Assembly (NCBI GenBank): GCA_965243025.1
Contig: CBDETY010000003.1
Span: 2,464,001 to 2,528,000 of the forward strand
Direction: 5' to 3'
Length of the DNA: 64,000 nucleotides
Source: Candidatus Latescibacterota bacterium
Lineage (GTDB): Bacteria; Latescibacterota; UBA2968; UBA8231
Shown in pieces: positions 10,777 through 20,700 of this stretch (position 1 is its first letter; the number at the start of each line of letters is the position of its first letter). The position numbers were made by a program, and so were the translations under genes. The notes under the pieces were generated by a model. The model saw only the letters and a list, made by a program, of their open reading frames with translations, did no database searches and was not told the origin of the DNA.

Positions 10777-11178
10777 CTACTCGCGCGCATCGTGCGCCAT
10801 CACGTGAGGATAGGTGAGGATGCGGCTGTCCGCGGTTACCACAGTGAGGTCGTGAACTCTCGCCGTGGCGATCAGGATGCGGTCGGCGGGATCCCGGTGA
10901 AACTCCCCCGGCAGGTCGTACGCCCCCGCCGCTATCTCGTGGGAGAGGGAAATCGTTTCCGCAAGCAACCCCTGCAACGACTCCGAGATCCACGTCTGCA
11001 GGCGCCCCGCCAGAGTCAGACGCCCCGCCCAGGCGAGTTGCGCGAGTTCAAGGGATGACACCGGGGAAACGAAAAGGCTGTTTTCCTCGTCAGCGAGCGC
11101 GCTCCTTGTTCCGGGCCCCAGAGTTTCGGACGACTCCTGGGTCCAGACCCAGACATGGGTATCCAGGAGGAAGTTCAA
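10777..11178 (-). CDS. vapC: PIN-domain toxin (VapC family)
   Basis: 'FLLDTHVWVW', 'SPVSSLE', 'HRDPADRILIATA', 'VTAD'. The TTG start at 11178 overlaps the antitoxin stop (TTGA). Confidence 0.9.
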   Translation of the reverse strand: MNFLLDTHVWVWTQESSETLGPGTRSALADEENSLFVSPVSSLELAQLAWAGRLTLAGRLQTWISESLQGLLAETISLSHEIAAGAYDLPGEFHRDPADRILIATARVHDLTVVTADSRILTYPHVMAHDARE

Positions 11179-11408
11179 CCTTCCCACTCCCAGTGCCCGG
11201 AAAAGTCGCAGTTGACGATGTCGCCCTGGATGGTCATGCGCCCGCGCAGGCTCCCCAGCTCCCGCTTGCGTGGAGTCTCCCGATAGGGATCGACTGTCGC
11301 AATGGGACGCTTCCGCAAAGTGACGACGAGAGTTTCTCCCGTTTCGTGAACGGTCTTCAGCTCTTCGATGCACTTCGCCTTGAACTCGGAGATACCCATG
11401 GTTTTCAT
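11175..11408 (-). CDS. Phd/YefM family antitoxin
   Basis: 'MKTMGISEFKAKC...VHETGETLVVTLRKRPIA' is a Phd-like N-terminus, directly upstream of and coupled to the PIN toxin. Confidence 0.88.
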   Translation of the reverse strand: MKTMGISEFKAKCIEELKTVHETGETLVVTLRKRPIATVDPYRETPRKRELGSLRGRMTIQGDIVNCDFSGHWEWEG

Positions 11409-11459
11409 CGTCGACTTTCCTTCCACTTGGGAGGGTTTCCGTTTTGGAATCCGGAAGGA

Positions 11460-11490
11460 ATTAAACCTGGTCAACTAACCAGGTCAATTA
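11460..11490 (-). promoter_or_regulatory. Putative sigma70 promoter with palindromic operator of the TA operon
   Basis: The minus strand reads TTGACC-N16-TTTAAT. It overlaps the inverted repeat ACCTGGT-N6-ACCAGGT (11465-11484), built of two AACCWGGTCAA units. Confidence 0.6.
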
Positions 11491-12624
11491 CACGCCCTCC
11501 ACGGTACCCTCGATCAGGAAGTCGACCACCGCCCGGAGGGCTTCCTCCCGGGACGCGCCGGACTGAAGGGCTTTCCGGAAGACCTCCCTCTGCAGGTGCG
11601 AGCTGGTTCCCCGCTCGACGATGGTGCGCGCGTGTTCCACCTCGGCGACGCACCCGAACTGTTCGGCGTCTTCGCGAACGAGGCCGAGGAGCTCGTCGAT
11701 CAGCTGCGAGTACCCCACGATCTCGCCGCGGCCAAAGTCGACCATGCCCTCGTCCAGGCCGTAGCGCTGCGCGCGCCAGCGGTTCTCCTCGACCAGGAAA
11801 GGGGAGTAGATCCGCCAGCGCTGGTTGTCGCGGCGGAGCCTGTACAGCATGCGGCAGATGCAGCGGAACAGGGCGGCGCAGCAGAGTGAATCCTCCAGCC
11901 TCGTGCAGACATCGGTGATGCGCATTTCGACGGTGGGGAAACGCTCGCTCGGACGCACGTCCCACCACAGCTTCGTCGCGTCCTCGATCAGGCCGGCCGA
12001 GACCATCAGGCCGACGGCCCGCCTGAACTCCCCGTAGCTCTCGAAGCGCTCCGGCAGCCCGGTGCGCGGCAGCTCGTCGAAAACGCAGAGCCGGTAGGAC
12101 TGCAGGCCGGTCTCGGTCCCCTCCCAGAACGGGGAGGAGGTGCTCAGCGCCAGCAGGTGCGGCAGGAAGTAGGATACCTGGTTGAGGGTGTCGATGCGCA
12201 GGTCCTCGTCCTCGATGCCGACGTGGACGTGCATGCCGCAGATGAGCAGGCGCTGGGCAACGACCTGGAGGTCCTTCTGCAGGATCTGGTAGCGCGGCTT
12301 GTCGGTGTATTTCTGGTCCCTCCAGTGGGCGAAGGGGTGCGTGGAGGCGGCTATCGGGGCGAGTCCGTGGCGGCCGGCGATCCGGGCAACGGTGCCCCGC
12401 AGGTGCTTCAGTTCCTTCCCGACTTCCCGGATCGATCCGCAGACGGAGGTCCCGATCTCGATCTGGGGACGCAGGAACTCCGGGCTGAAGTGCCCCGAAA
12501 GGCGGCTCTCGAACTCGGTGATCAGGTCCGGGGCCGGTTCGCTGACCAGGTTCCGGGAATCCATTTCGACCAGCAGGTACTCCTCCTCGACGCCGATGCT
12601 GAAGCTCGGCTCCCGCAGGCTCAT
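11488..12624 (-). CDS. ybdK: Carboxylate-amine ligase / glutamate-cysteine ligase family 2
   Basis: 'SIGVEEEYLLV', 'QIEIGT', 'ASTHPF', 'ICGMHVHVG', 'LLALSTSSPFW', 'WWDVRPS..FPTVEMRITD', 'ENRWRAQRYG'. Confidence 0.92.
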   Translation of the reverse strand: MSLREPSFSIGVEEEYLLVEMDSRNLVSEPAPDLITEFESRLSGHFSPEFLRPQIEIGTSVCGSIREVGKELKHLRGTVARIAGRHGLAPIAASTHPFAHWRDQKYTDKPRYQILQKDLQVVAQRLLICGMHVHVGIEDEDLRIDTLNQVSYFLPHLLALSTSSPFWEGTETGLQSYRLCVFDELPRTGLPERFESYGEFRRAVGLMVSAGLIEDATKLWWDVRPSERFPTVEMRITDVCTRLEDSLCCAALFRCICRMLYRLRRDNQRWRIYSPFLVEENRWRAQRYGLDEGMVDFGRGEIVGYSQLIDELLGLVREDAEQFGCVAEVEHARTIVERGTSSHLQREVFRKALQSGASREEALRAVVDFLIEGTVEGV

Positions 12625-12662
12625 GAGTACATCTCCCTGTTACATGCCCGGGCGCGAGGCGC

Positions 12663-13457
12663 TCAGAACTCCGCCGTCTCTTCCGGCTCGAGCACGATCG
12701 CTTCCACCTGCGGAGCGTGCTTCTTCAGCGCCTCGAGGAAAGCATCCGGAGTCTGGTCCATGGTGTCGAAGACCCCGTAGTGCGCGGGGATGACGTATTT
12801 CGGGCTGATCATGCCGACGGCGTACCCGGCGCTGTCCCCCCCGACCGTGAAGCCCCCGCCGCAGATGTTGAGGACCGCGAGGTCGGGCCTGTAGTATTCG
12901 CCGATCACCAGCTTGAGGTCGGCGCACAGGCCGGTGTCGGAGGATATGTAGACCTTGAAGCCGTTCTCGAACTCGACGACGAAGCCGATCGGGTCGCCGA
13001 CGTCGTGGCCCTTGAGGCGGCCGTCCTCGAGCGGGACGATCTCCGAGGAGGTGTGCTCGCAGTGGACGCCGGAAACCGAGATGCCGTCGATCGGCGGCAG
13101 CGGTCCGCGGTTCATCCCCCAGCCGTTGTTGCAGAAGTTCTCCAGCCCGGTGTGCTCGCGGATGTAGACCGCCGTCTCCACCGGGGTCAGGATGATCGGG
13201 TCGAAGCGCTCGGACAGGGCGGCGATGTCGCCGAGGTTGAGGTGGTCGAAGTGGGCGTGGGTCTGCAGGATGATGTCGACGTTGCCGAAGGCGCCGACGT
13301 CCTGCTTGTACTTGTCGGGCACCGCGGGGTTGCCGTCGGGGAAGAAGGGGTTGCCGGTGAGCCAGGGATCGACGAGCAGCACCTTGCCCTCCGGCGAGGT
13401 CAGCTTGAGGGTGGCGAAGCCGATCATCTGCACCTGGACTTTTCCGTTGCCAGCCAT
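12663..13457 (-). CDS. Metallo-beta-lactamase-fold metal-dependent hydrolase (UPF0173-like)
   Basis: 'LLVDPWL.GNP', 'THAHFDH', 'YISSDTG', 'IPAHYG.F'. ATG at 13457 follows an AGGAGA RBS. Confidence 0.85.
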   Translation of the reverse strand: MAGNGKVQVQMIGFATLKLTSPEGKVLLVDPWLTGNPFFPDGNPAVPDKYKQDVGAFGNVDIILQTHAHFDHLNLGDIAALSERFDPIILTPVETAVYIREHTGLENFCNNGWGMNRGPLPPIDGISVSGVHCEHTSSEIVPLEDGRLKGHDVGDPIGFVVEFENGFKVYISSDTGLCADLKLVIGEYYRPDLAVLNICGGGFTVGGDSAGYAVGMISPKYVIPAHYGVFDTMDQTPDAFLEALKKHAPQVEAIVLEPEETAEF

Positions 13458-13616
13458 GCGGCGTCTCCTTGCGAAAGGTGATGGTCTGTCGGTTCCGTCT
13501 GCAGGGAGGTAAACAACTGTCATTCCCCTGCCGGCGCTACCGCCGCGTTCCCTTGACCGGGCGCCCCCGCCTCGGCTTTAATCCGGGGGCGCCACCCCAA
13601 CCGCAGGAGCCCACCG

Positions 13617-16600
13617 GTGTCAGAACCGATTTCCCTCGCCGAGGTCGAACGGCAGTTCCGCGATCCCCCCGCCCGCTACGGCCCGGTCGACTGCTGGTGG
13701 TGGGAGGCCGCCCGCCTCGACCGCGCCAGGTTGAGGGAGCAGCTCGAATCGCTGAAGGAGCAGGGCGTCAGCGGCACCTGGTTCTACCCGCGCTGGGTCG
13801 GCGGCGAGCCGCTGCGCTCCGACCCTCCCTACTGGTCGGAGGAATGGTGGGACCTCACCCGGTTCTCCCTCGACGAGCACGAGCGCCTCGGGCTGATCTC
13901 CTGGTTCTCCGACTGGACCGCCCACGGCGAGTTCCAGTCGCGGGTGCGCGAGGAGAGCCTCGGCCCCCGCCCGGAGTTCGGCGGCCGGCGCCTCGTCCTG
14001 TACGAGAAGCGCACCACCATCGGCGGTCCGGAGCGGGAAGGGGTGCAGGACTGGGAGAAGATCCAGCACTCCGAGCCGCGCGGGCCGGTGCAGATCGAGG
14101 TACCCGTGGACGAGGAGATCCTGCACGCCGCGGCGTACCGTCCGGCCGGCGGGGGTATCGATCAGGGGACCCGGGTTCCCCTCGAACAGGCCTGCAGCGG
14201 CAACCGGCTGCGCTGGCTGCCCCCCGGTCACGACGACTGGATCGTCGCGGTGGTGACCGCCCAACCCCACGACCTCGACTACCTCAACCCCGCCGTGGCC
14301 GACCGCTGGATCGAGTTGCTGCTGGGGCGCTACGAGCGCGAGCTGCCCGGCCACGTCGGCAGCACCCTGCAGGCCTACGGCCCCGACGAGATGTACGTCC
14401 TCAACGGCAACATCCTCTACTCCGGCGGGGTAGTCGAGCGGCTGCGGGCGCAAAAGGGATACGACCCCCTGCCGCTGCTGGCCGGCCTCTTCCTCGACAT
14501 CGGCAGGGAGACCGAGCGCATCCGCTGCGACTACCTCGCAACCATGGTCGACCTGCTCGACGAGAGCTTCTACCGCCGCGTCGCCGACCGCCTGCACGAC
14601 CGCGGCATGCGCTACACCACCATAGCCACCTGGGGCCGGGAAGACCCGATAGAACAGACCTTCCACTACGGCGACTTCTTCCGCATGATGCGCCACTTCG
14701 ACGTCACCGGGAACGAGGACCCGCGCGACTGCGAGGTGCACCGGCGCCGCTTCCTCGACTCGAAGTTCTCCAGCTCCATCGCCCACCTGAACCGGCGCGA
14801 GCAGGCGATGGTCTGCGGCTACTGGAACTCGGGATGGGGGGTGACGCAGGAGCAGAACCTCGCCTTCACCGGGGCCAACTACGCCTTCGGCATCAACCTC
14901 TACAACCGCCACGGCGGTCTCTACTCCCTGCTCGGCGGCTGGTACGAATGGGTGCCCCCGGCCATCCATTTCCACCAGCCGTACTGGAGCTACTGGCGCC
15001 GCTTCGCCGACCTCGTGCGCCGCCTGAGCTGGGCCATGAGCCAGGGCGTCCACGTCGCCGACGTCGCCCTGCTCTACCCCCTGACCACCATGCACGCCGG
15101 CTGGACCGGGGGCGGCCGCTTCAGCAGCGAAGCCCGCGAGGCCGCCGCGGCCTGCATGGACCTCGCCAGGGCCGTCTACTACTCCGGCATCGACTTCGAC
15201 TTCGTCGACGAGGCCTCGGTCGCGGGCGCCGGATGCGGCAGGGGACGGCTGACGATCGCCGGTATCGGCTTCCCCGCGGTGGTGCTGCCGCCGCTCGCGG
15301 CGATACCCCGGGGGGTGCTGCGCAAGCTGCGCGATCACTGCCGGTCCGGCGGGACCGTCGTCGCCCTCGGCCGGCTTCCCACCGCCTCGCCCGAGGCGGG
15401 GCGCGGCGACCCGGTGCTGCAGCGGCTGCTCGCCGAGACCTTCGGCCCCGGGGCGGACCAGTTCCGGACGGACGCGGTGCGGGAGCACCCGGGGGGCGGC
15501 CGGGGCGTCTTCGTGCCGGGCCGTTCCGACGGCGTCGTCGCCCGCCTGCGGGAGCTCGTCGACCTCGACGTCTCCTGCCGGCAGCCCGACCTGTTCCACA
15601 CCCACCAGCGCCTTCCCGGCGGAGAGGACGTCTACCTCCTCTTCAACGCCAGCGAGAAGGAAAGGCGGATCGACTGCAGCCTCCGCTCCAGCGGCGAGCC
15701 CCGCATCTGGGACCCGGCGACCGGAACGGTCCGGCCCTTGCACCGCTTCGAGCGCCGCGGCAGCCGCACCCTCCTCTCCCTCGACATGGGGCCGTTCGAG
15801 ACCGCGGTGGTGTCGCTGGAGGAGGGGGGCGAGCGTCCCGGAATCAGCCGGGACAACCTCGACACCGTCACCCGGGTCGCTGCCGCCGATACCGAGGTCC
15901 GCGTCGAGGGGCTCAGCGGCGCCGGGGGACGGGCGGAGGTCCGCATCCAGGACGGCGGCTCACTCCTGAGGGCGGATGCCGAGGTCGAGGCCCCGCCGCC
16001 CGCCATCCGCCTGGACCGCCCCTGGGACTTCCGCCTCGAGCCGCTGCTCGACAACCGGTGGGGCGACTACCGGTACCCCGCCTCCGACCGGGTGATCGGC
16101 CCCGAGGCCCGCCGTTTCAGGTATCGCGAGGAGACCGCCGCCGAGGACGCGGCGAGCTGGACGCAGCCCGGTTTCGACGACGGCGAGTGGACGCAGGCGG
16201 CCTTCACCTGCGGTCCCTTCTGGTGGACCCTCGGGCCGTTCCGCGCCGCCTCCGAACCGGAGGAGGTCCTGCGGCAGGTGACGTCCGAAGGCTTCGACCC
16301 TTCGGCGCGCTTTCGGGGGGCGCAGGAGTACGGCTGGTCCCCTGTCGAGGTCAGCGAACAGTTCGGAACCCCTGAGTCCGGCGGCGAGTTCGGCGGCCTC
16401 GCGGGGGTTTCGGACGAGTTTCTCCATTGCGGGGCGGTTCCCGGTGAAACCGATGCCGTGCGCTGGTTCGCCGCCATTGTCGACGCGGACGCAGCCGGCA
16501 ACTGGCAGCTGCACGCCGGGGCTGGGTCCGATTTCACCGCTTCCGCCTGGGTGAACGGGGACCCGGTGCTGGCGGATGTCCGGGAGCCGGCAAGCTCCGG

Positions 16601-17450
16601 GCCGGTGCGGCTGCAGGCCGGCCGCAACGAGGTGGTGCTGCGCATCCTGCAGCCGGGCGGCGCCCGGGTGCGGGCCTGGGCCGCCTTCTCAACCCCCGGG
16701 CACCCCCCGCCCGGCGACCCGTACGTCCCGCTGCTCAGGTGGTTCCGCGATCCGCCCCCCCTGCTGTTCGACGTCACCCCCGGGGCGCGCCGCGCCGGCT
16801 GGTTCCGCTTCGATGCCCCGCCCGGGCTCGCCGGCATGCAGATGCAGCTGTACGGCCGCCGCCTCGAGGTCTGGGTCGACGGCGAACCGGTCTGCACCCG
16901 GGCCGTCGACTGCAACCCGCGGGAGCGGCGCCCCGCAGCCGTCGAGGTGACCCTGGCGGCGCCGCGGCCCCTGCCGTCGCAGGTCGCCGTACGGGTGGAG
17001 ATGGCGGAGAGCCGCTACGGCGGCGCCGTGTTCGCCGCGCCCGTGGCTTTCCGCTGCGGTCCGGGCAGCTGTCCGACCGGCGACTGGTGCAGTTACGGGC
17101 TGAGCGAGTACTCGGGCGCCGCGGTGTACTCCACCACGGCTGTCCTCGAAGCCAGGCATCTCGACGGCGCCGTCCGCCTCGACCTCGGCCGCGCCGGCAT
17201 CATCGCCGACGTCTCGGTGAACGGGGAAGCCGCCGGGGTGCTGATGGCGCGCCCCTACCGCCTCGACGTCACCGGTCTGGTCCGCGAGGGAGCCAACGGG
17301 ATCGAGGTGAAGGTGGTCAACACCCTCGCCAACCACATGAGCAGCTACCCGACCCGGCACGTGCTGACGGGCCAGACGGTCTCCGGCCTGCTCGGACCGG
17401 TGGAGCTGCAGTTCCTGCGCCGGGTCGAGCTGAGGGCGCCGCGCGGGTAG
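13617..17450 (+). CDS. Large glycoside hydrolase, GH106 (alpha-L-rhamnosidase)-like, with C-terminal GH2-type sugar-binding domain
   Basis: N-terminal 'FRDPP..YGP..WWW', 'YWSEEWW', 'SSIAHL', 'GINL...H..Y', 'QPYW', 'DVALLYP', 'DFDFVD'. C-terminal 'LDLG....A.V.VNG...G.....PYRLDVT..V..G.N.IEV.V.NTL.N...SGLLGPV'. Confidence 0.72.
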   Translation: MSEPISLAEVERQFRDPPARYGPVDCWWWEAARLDRARLREQLESLKEQGVSGTWFYPRWVGGEPLRSDPPYWSEEWWDLTRFSLDEHERLGLISWFSDWTAHGEFQSRVREESLGPRPEFGGRRLVLYEKRTTIGGPEREGVQDWEKIQHSEPRGPVQIEVPVDEEILHAAAYRPAGGGIDQGTRVPLEQACSGNRLRWLPPGHDDWIVAVVTAQPHDLDYLNPAVADRWIELLLGRYERELPGHVGSTLQAYGPDEMYVLNGNILYSGGVVERLRAQKGYDPLPLLAGLFLDIGRETERIRCDYLATMVDLLDESFYRRVADRLHDRGMRYTTIATWGREDPIEQTFHYGDFFRMMRHFDVTGNEDPRDCEVHRRRFLDSKFSSSIAHLNRREQAMVCGYWNSGWGVTQEQNLAFTGANYAFGINLYNRHGGLYSLLGGWYEWVPPAIHFHQPYWSYWRRFADLVRRLSWAMSQGVHVADVALLYPLTTMHAGWTGGGRFSSEAREAAAACMDLARAVYYSGIDFDFVDEASVAGAGCGRGRLTIAGIGFPAVVLPPLAAIPRGVLRKLRDHCRSGGTVVALGRLPTASPEAGRGDPVLQRLLAETFGPGADQFRTDAVREHPGGGRGVFVPGRSDGVVARLRELVDLDVSCRQPDLFHTHQRLPGGEDVYLLFNASEKERRIDCSLRSSGEPRIWDPATGTVRPLHRFERRGSRTLLSLDMGPFETAVVSLEEGGERPGISRDNLDTVTRVAAADTEVRVEGLSGAGGRAEVRIQDGGSLLRADAEVEAPPPAIRLDRPWDFRLEPLLDNRWGDYRYPASDRVIGPEARRFRYREETAAEDAASWTQPGFDDGEWTQAAFTCGPFWWTLGPFRAASEPEEVLRQVTSEGFDPSARFRGAQEYGWSPVEVSEQFGTPESGGEFGGLAGVSDEFLHCGAVPGETDAVRWFAAIVDADAAGNWQLHAGAGSDFTASAWVNGDPVLADVREPASSGPVRLQAGRNEVVLRILQPGGARVRAWAAFSTPGHPPPGDPYVPLLRWFRDPPPLLFDVTPGARRAGWFRFDAPPGLAGMQMQLYGRRLEVWVDGEPVCTRAVDCNPRERRPAAVEVTLAAPRPLPSQVAVRVEMAESRYGGAVFAAPVAFRCGPGSCPTGDWCSYGLSEYSGAAVYSTTAVLEARHLDGAVRLDLGRAGIIADVSVNGEAAGVLMARPYRLDVTGLVREGANGIEVKVVNTLANHMSSYPTRHVLTGQTVSGLLGPVELQFLRRVELRAPRG

Positions 17451-17725
17451 GAACCTCCGGATACGGCCTCGGGGGTTCGGACGTGGAGGGTTTCTGGTGC
17501 AGTTCAGTCGGTCCGGCAAACTGGCACCGGAGAACCAACCCGGCGGGGCCGGGCCGGGCGCCCCCCAGAGGTGTGCAGGCAAGCCGGAACTCCTCGAGGT
17601 CCGGGTAGGACTGCGGGGCCCTTTTTTTGATATTAGCGCCGGGGAACAGGGTGCCTTGAGCAAATCTGCTGCACGTCCGGGCGGGTGTCCCGAGAGCTGG
17701 CAGATCATCGAAAGGGGTCCTGAAA

Positions 17726-20700
17726 TTGGACTTGGGGAACCGGTTGTTTCGCGCTGTCGCCGCAAGCGCCCTCTTTTCGGCCGGGGCAGCGGCGGAGGAA
17801 GACTTTCCCGGCGGCAACGGCGGTTTCGAACTCGGGAATTTCAACTCCTGGACGGTTTCCGGCGGCCAGGGCTGGGACGTCGTCGAGTTCGATCATCCCG
17901 GCAAGAGCGGCCGCTTCTACGCCAGCACCTGCAACGAGATCTGGCCGGGCAACGGCGGCTGCAAGAACGGCAACGGCGAGCGCGACACCGGAGTTCTCAC
18001 CTCCGCGGTCTTCACCGCGCCGGGGGGATTCCTCGAGTTCAGGATCTCCGGTTTCAACGGCCCCTCCTGCGACAACGGCCTCAGCCACATCTCGCTCAGA
18101 AGAGCTTCCGACCACGAGGAGCTTCGGAAACAGCTGCTTCCCTGCCAGAACCCCTTCAGGCTGCACCGCTGGAGCCTCGAGGACCTCGCCGGGGTGGAGG
18201 TCTACGTCCGGGTAGAGGACGCCGATGCGGCAGCTTCCTGGGCGGTGATGGCCGTGGACGGTTTCCGCCTGACGAGCGAACCGCCTGACAGCCTCGACCC
18301 CGCCGCCCCGGACAGTGCTGAATCCCTTGCCGGTTCCGGGGCAGAGGGGCTCACCTTCACCTCACGTCCCGACGGCTGGCAGGGGATCTACGCCATCGAG
18401 GACGGCGAGGCAAAGCAGGTTGTCCCCCACGTCGACTGGAAACTCTGGGATCCTTCCTGGTCCCCCGACGGCCGGACCCTGGCCGCGGTGTCCAACCGCT
18501 TCACCTCGAATCTGGAGATTTACCTGTTCTATTTCGGGGCTGACGGGGCCCCCGCCGGGCTCCGGGCCTTGACCGACCACCGCGGGGCGGACAACCAGCC
18601 CGCCTGGTCGCCCGACGGCAGGCGGATAGCCTTCGTTTCGGACCGCACCGGTGAGGGGGACCTGTACCTGGTTCCCGCCACGGGGGGCGACCCGGTTCGA
18701 CTGACCCGCGGAGCGTCGGTTTCGCGCCCGAGCTGGTCGCCCGACGGGGGGCGCATCGCCTTCTCCCAGGAAGGGGACATCCGGTCCGTCGATCCCCTCA
18801 CCGGAGTGATCTCCGTGCTCTCCGACGCCCCCGAATGGGAAGGGTACCCCGCGTGGTCTCCCGAAGGTGGCCGCATCGCCTATTCCGCCGACGGGGAGCT
18901 CGCCATCCTCGACCTGCAACAGGGCGCCGCCCGCCGGATCACCCGCGGCTACTCCCACGTAGCGTATCCGTCCTGGTCGCCGGACCAGGCCTTCATCGCT
19001 TTTTCTTCCAATCGCGAAGGCGCTTCAGATATCTATTTGCTGGAACTGGCCTCGGAGCGCATCGCCCGGATCACCCATGCCCGCGACACATGGGGCCACA
19101 GGGAGCCGGTCTGGAATCCCCGGACAAGCGCGGTTTCCCCCCCGCCCGTGACGGTGCCGCCTCGCCGTGACAGCAGAACCAAAGTCGAGGCGAGGATCAT
19201 CGGCGAAGGGGCCGCCGGACTGATCCTCGAGTTCACCCGCGCCATCGCCGGCCGCCGCCCCGACTACGCCTGGAGCGCGGTCACCGACCGGAACGGCTAC
19301 GGGGAACTGACCATATCCGGCGACAGGAGGGTGTCCGGCTTCTACCACGCCCGCGCCCGCAACAGGGACGGGGAGGTGGTGGGCAGGTGGACGAGCATAC
19401 CCCTGAACGAAGGGCGCCGGCAGCTTGTGGAGCTGACCCTCGGAGGGGGTGTGCGGGTTGCGGCCATCCAGCCGCTGGGACCCGCAACAGCCGAACTGCC
19501 GCCGGAACAGACCGGGCTGGTTGCCCACTACCCGCTCGACGGGGATGCCCGCGACGCCAGCGGCAACGGCTACCACGGGACCATGAGGGGCCCCGTGCCC
19601 GCGCGGGACCGCTTCGGCAGCGAAGACGGCGCCGTTCTCTTCTCCGGAAGCGACCACCGCATCGACCTCCCGCACCAAGTTCTCGACGGCCTGTTCGACG
19701 TCACCGTCTCCTTCTGGCTGAAGACCACCAAGTCCGGAGCGCAAGCCATCCTCAGCGGCGCCAACCAGAGCAACGACAACGAGCACATCGTCTTCTTGAA
19801 TAACGAGAGCCAGTTCCGCTTCTTCTCGCATGGCAGGGCCGACCCGGACCTGCCTGATTGCGACGTCGACATCCCCCGGATCAACGACGGCGCCTGGCAC
19901 CACTTCGCCGTGGTCCGCAACACTTCGGAGGGCAACGCCGACTTCTTCGTCGATGGAGTCGGCTATCCGGATCGCTGCGGGCACCTGGAGTACGGGAGCC
20001 TCGATATCGATGCGGGTGGGCTGATCCTCGGCCAGGAGCAGGACAGGCTGGGCGGAAGGTTCGACGCCAGCCAGGTTCTCAGGGGTTCGCTCGACGACCT
20101 CAGGGTGTACGCCAGGACGCTGTCGGCCGCCGAGGTGCAGGAACTCGCGGGTGAAAGAGCGCCGGCCGGGACGGAGACAGAAGAGGCGTCGCCGGAAAAG
20201 CCAGGGCTGGTTGCCCACTACCCGCTCGACGGGGATGCCCGCGACGCCAGCGGCAACGGTTACCACGGCGCCATGGCCGGCCCCGTTCCAACGCAGGACC
20301 GCTTCGGCAAGGAGGACGGCGCGGTGCTCTTCTCCGGAAGCGACCACCGCATCGACCTCCCGAACGAGGTTCTCGACGGCCTGTTCGACGTCACCATCTC
20401 CTTCTGGCTGAAAACCTCCAAGTCCGGAGCGCAAGCCGTCCTCAGCGGCGCAAACCAGAGCAACGACAACGAGCACATCGTCTTTTTCATCAGCGAAAGC
20501 CGGTTCCGCTACTACTCGCATGGCAGGGTCGGACAGGACCAGCTCTGGTGCGACGTCGACGTGCGGCCGATCGACGACGGCGCCTGGCATCACTTCGCCG
20601 TGGTCCGCAATGCCTCGGAGGGCAACACCGACTTCTTCATTGACGGCGCCGGGTATCTGGATCAATGCGGGTACCTGGAGTACGAAAAGCTGGCGATCGA

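Noticed and set aside
17451-17725. Cobalamin or c-di-GMP riboswitch in the long leader (GGCAAAC and GGGAA..GGTG fragments)
   Set aside because: The remaining conserved elements and pairings of those riboswitches are not present.
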